A stretch of DNA of 64,000 bases from assembly GCF_902713615.1 (NCBI RefSeq), contig NC_052152.1, positions 142,712,815-142,776,814 of the forward strand, in the 5' to 3' direction. The notes beneath the pieces are model-generated. The model saw only the letters and a program-made list of their open reading frames with translations. It was not told the origin of the DNA and ran no database searches. The stretch's first letter is position 1; each line of letters begins with the position of its first letter. Shown here piece by piece: positions 63,670 to 64,000 of the stretch. A program made the translations under genes and the position numbers. This DNA is from Scyliorhinus canicula (taxonomy: Eukaryota).

Positions 63670-64000
63670 AAACCCCTTTCTGTCGGGGCGGAGAGATAGG
63701 CTAGCAGAGCAAGATGGAAATCTGAGCCGGCATCGGCGGCCTTGCTGAGGAGCCGCTTGATGATGTGGACCCCCTTTTCTGCCTTTCCATTGGATTGGGG
63801 GTAGAGGGGACTGGATGTAACATTCTCGAAGTTATAGTGTCGGGCGAAGCCGGCCCATTCCTGGCTCGCGAAACAGGGGCCATTGTCTGACATGACCGTC
63901 AGCGGAATGCCATGTCGGGCAAATGTCTCCTTACACACCCTGATCACAGCCGAGAATGTGAGATCATGGAGCCTGATGACCTACGGGTAACTGGAGAAGT
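63670..64000 (-). mobile_element. Second Gypsy element, integrase core fragment (runs off the window)
   Basis: FARHGIP..VMSDNGPCF...TSSPLYPQSNGKAE (D and E of the DDE triad). Confidence 0.9.

Overview
Eukaryotic, repeat-rich vertebrate DNA. The repeat repertoire (HE1-type V-SINEs, CR1 LINEs, DeuSINE, GC-rich Harbinger MITEs) points to a shark, probably a catshark (Scyliorhinus); this is inference. The only host-gene piece I recognise is a minus-strand first coding exon at 36466-36640 (MSKRFTVTSI...PKP G|gtaggg). It resembles exon 1a of the K-Cl cotransporter KCC2a (slc12a5) and carries the RFxV SPAK/OSR1 docking motif. Positions 1-36465 are then probably its first intron and 36641-64000 upstream sequence. 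Everything else identifiable is transposable-element DNA. This includes a 4.4-kb two-gene PIF/Harbinger element (transposase plus intron-containing Myb/SANT gene) that is disrupted by a MITE resembling its own end, two older Harbinger relics, and about a dozen Harbinger MITEs with GGGCG/GGGTG termini and 3-bp TSDs. Also present are many CR1 LINEs (including an outward-facing CR1 pair in one target site), an L1/Tx1 3' end, Rex1-like and other LINE relics, Penelope-like ends with minimal hammerhead-ribozyme motifs, hAT elements, solo LTRs and two Gypsy fragments. Most ORFs in the six-frame track are TE fragments or spurious. All calls were made by eye, with no database search, and repeat boundaries without TSDs are approximate.
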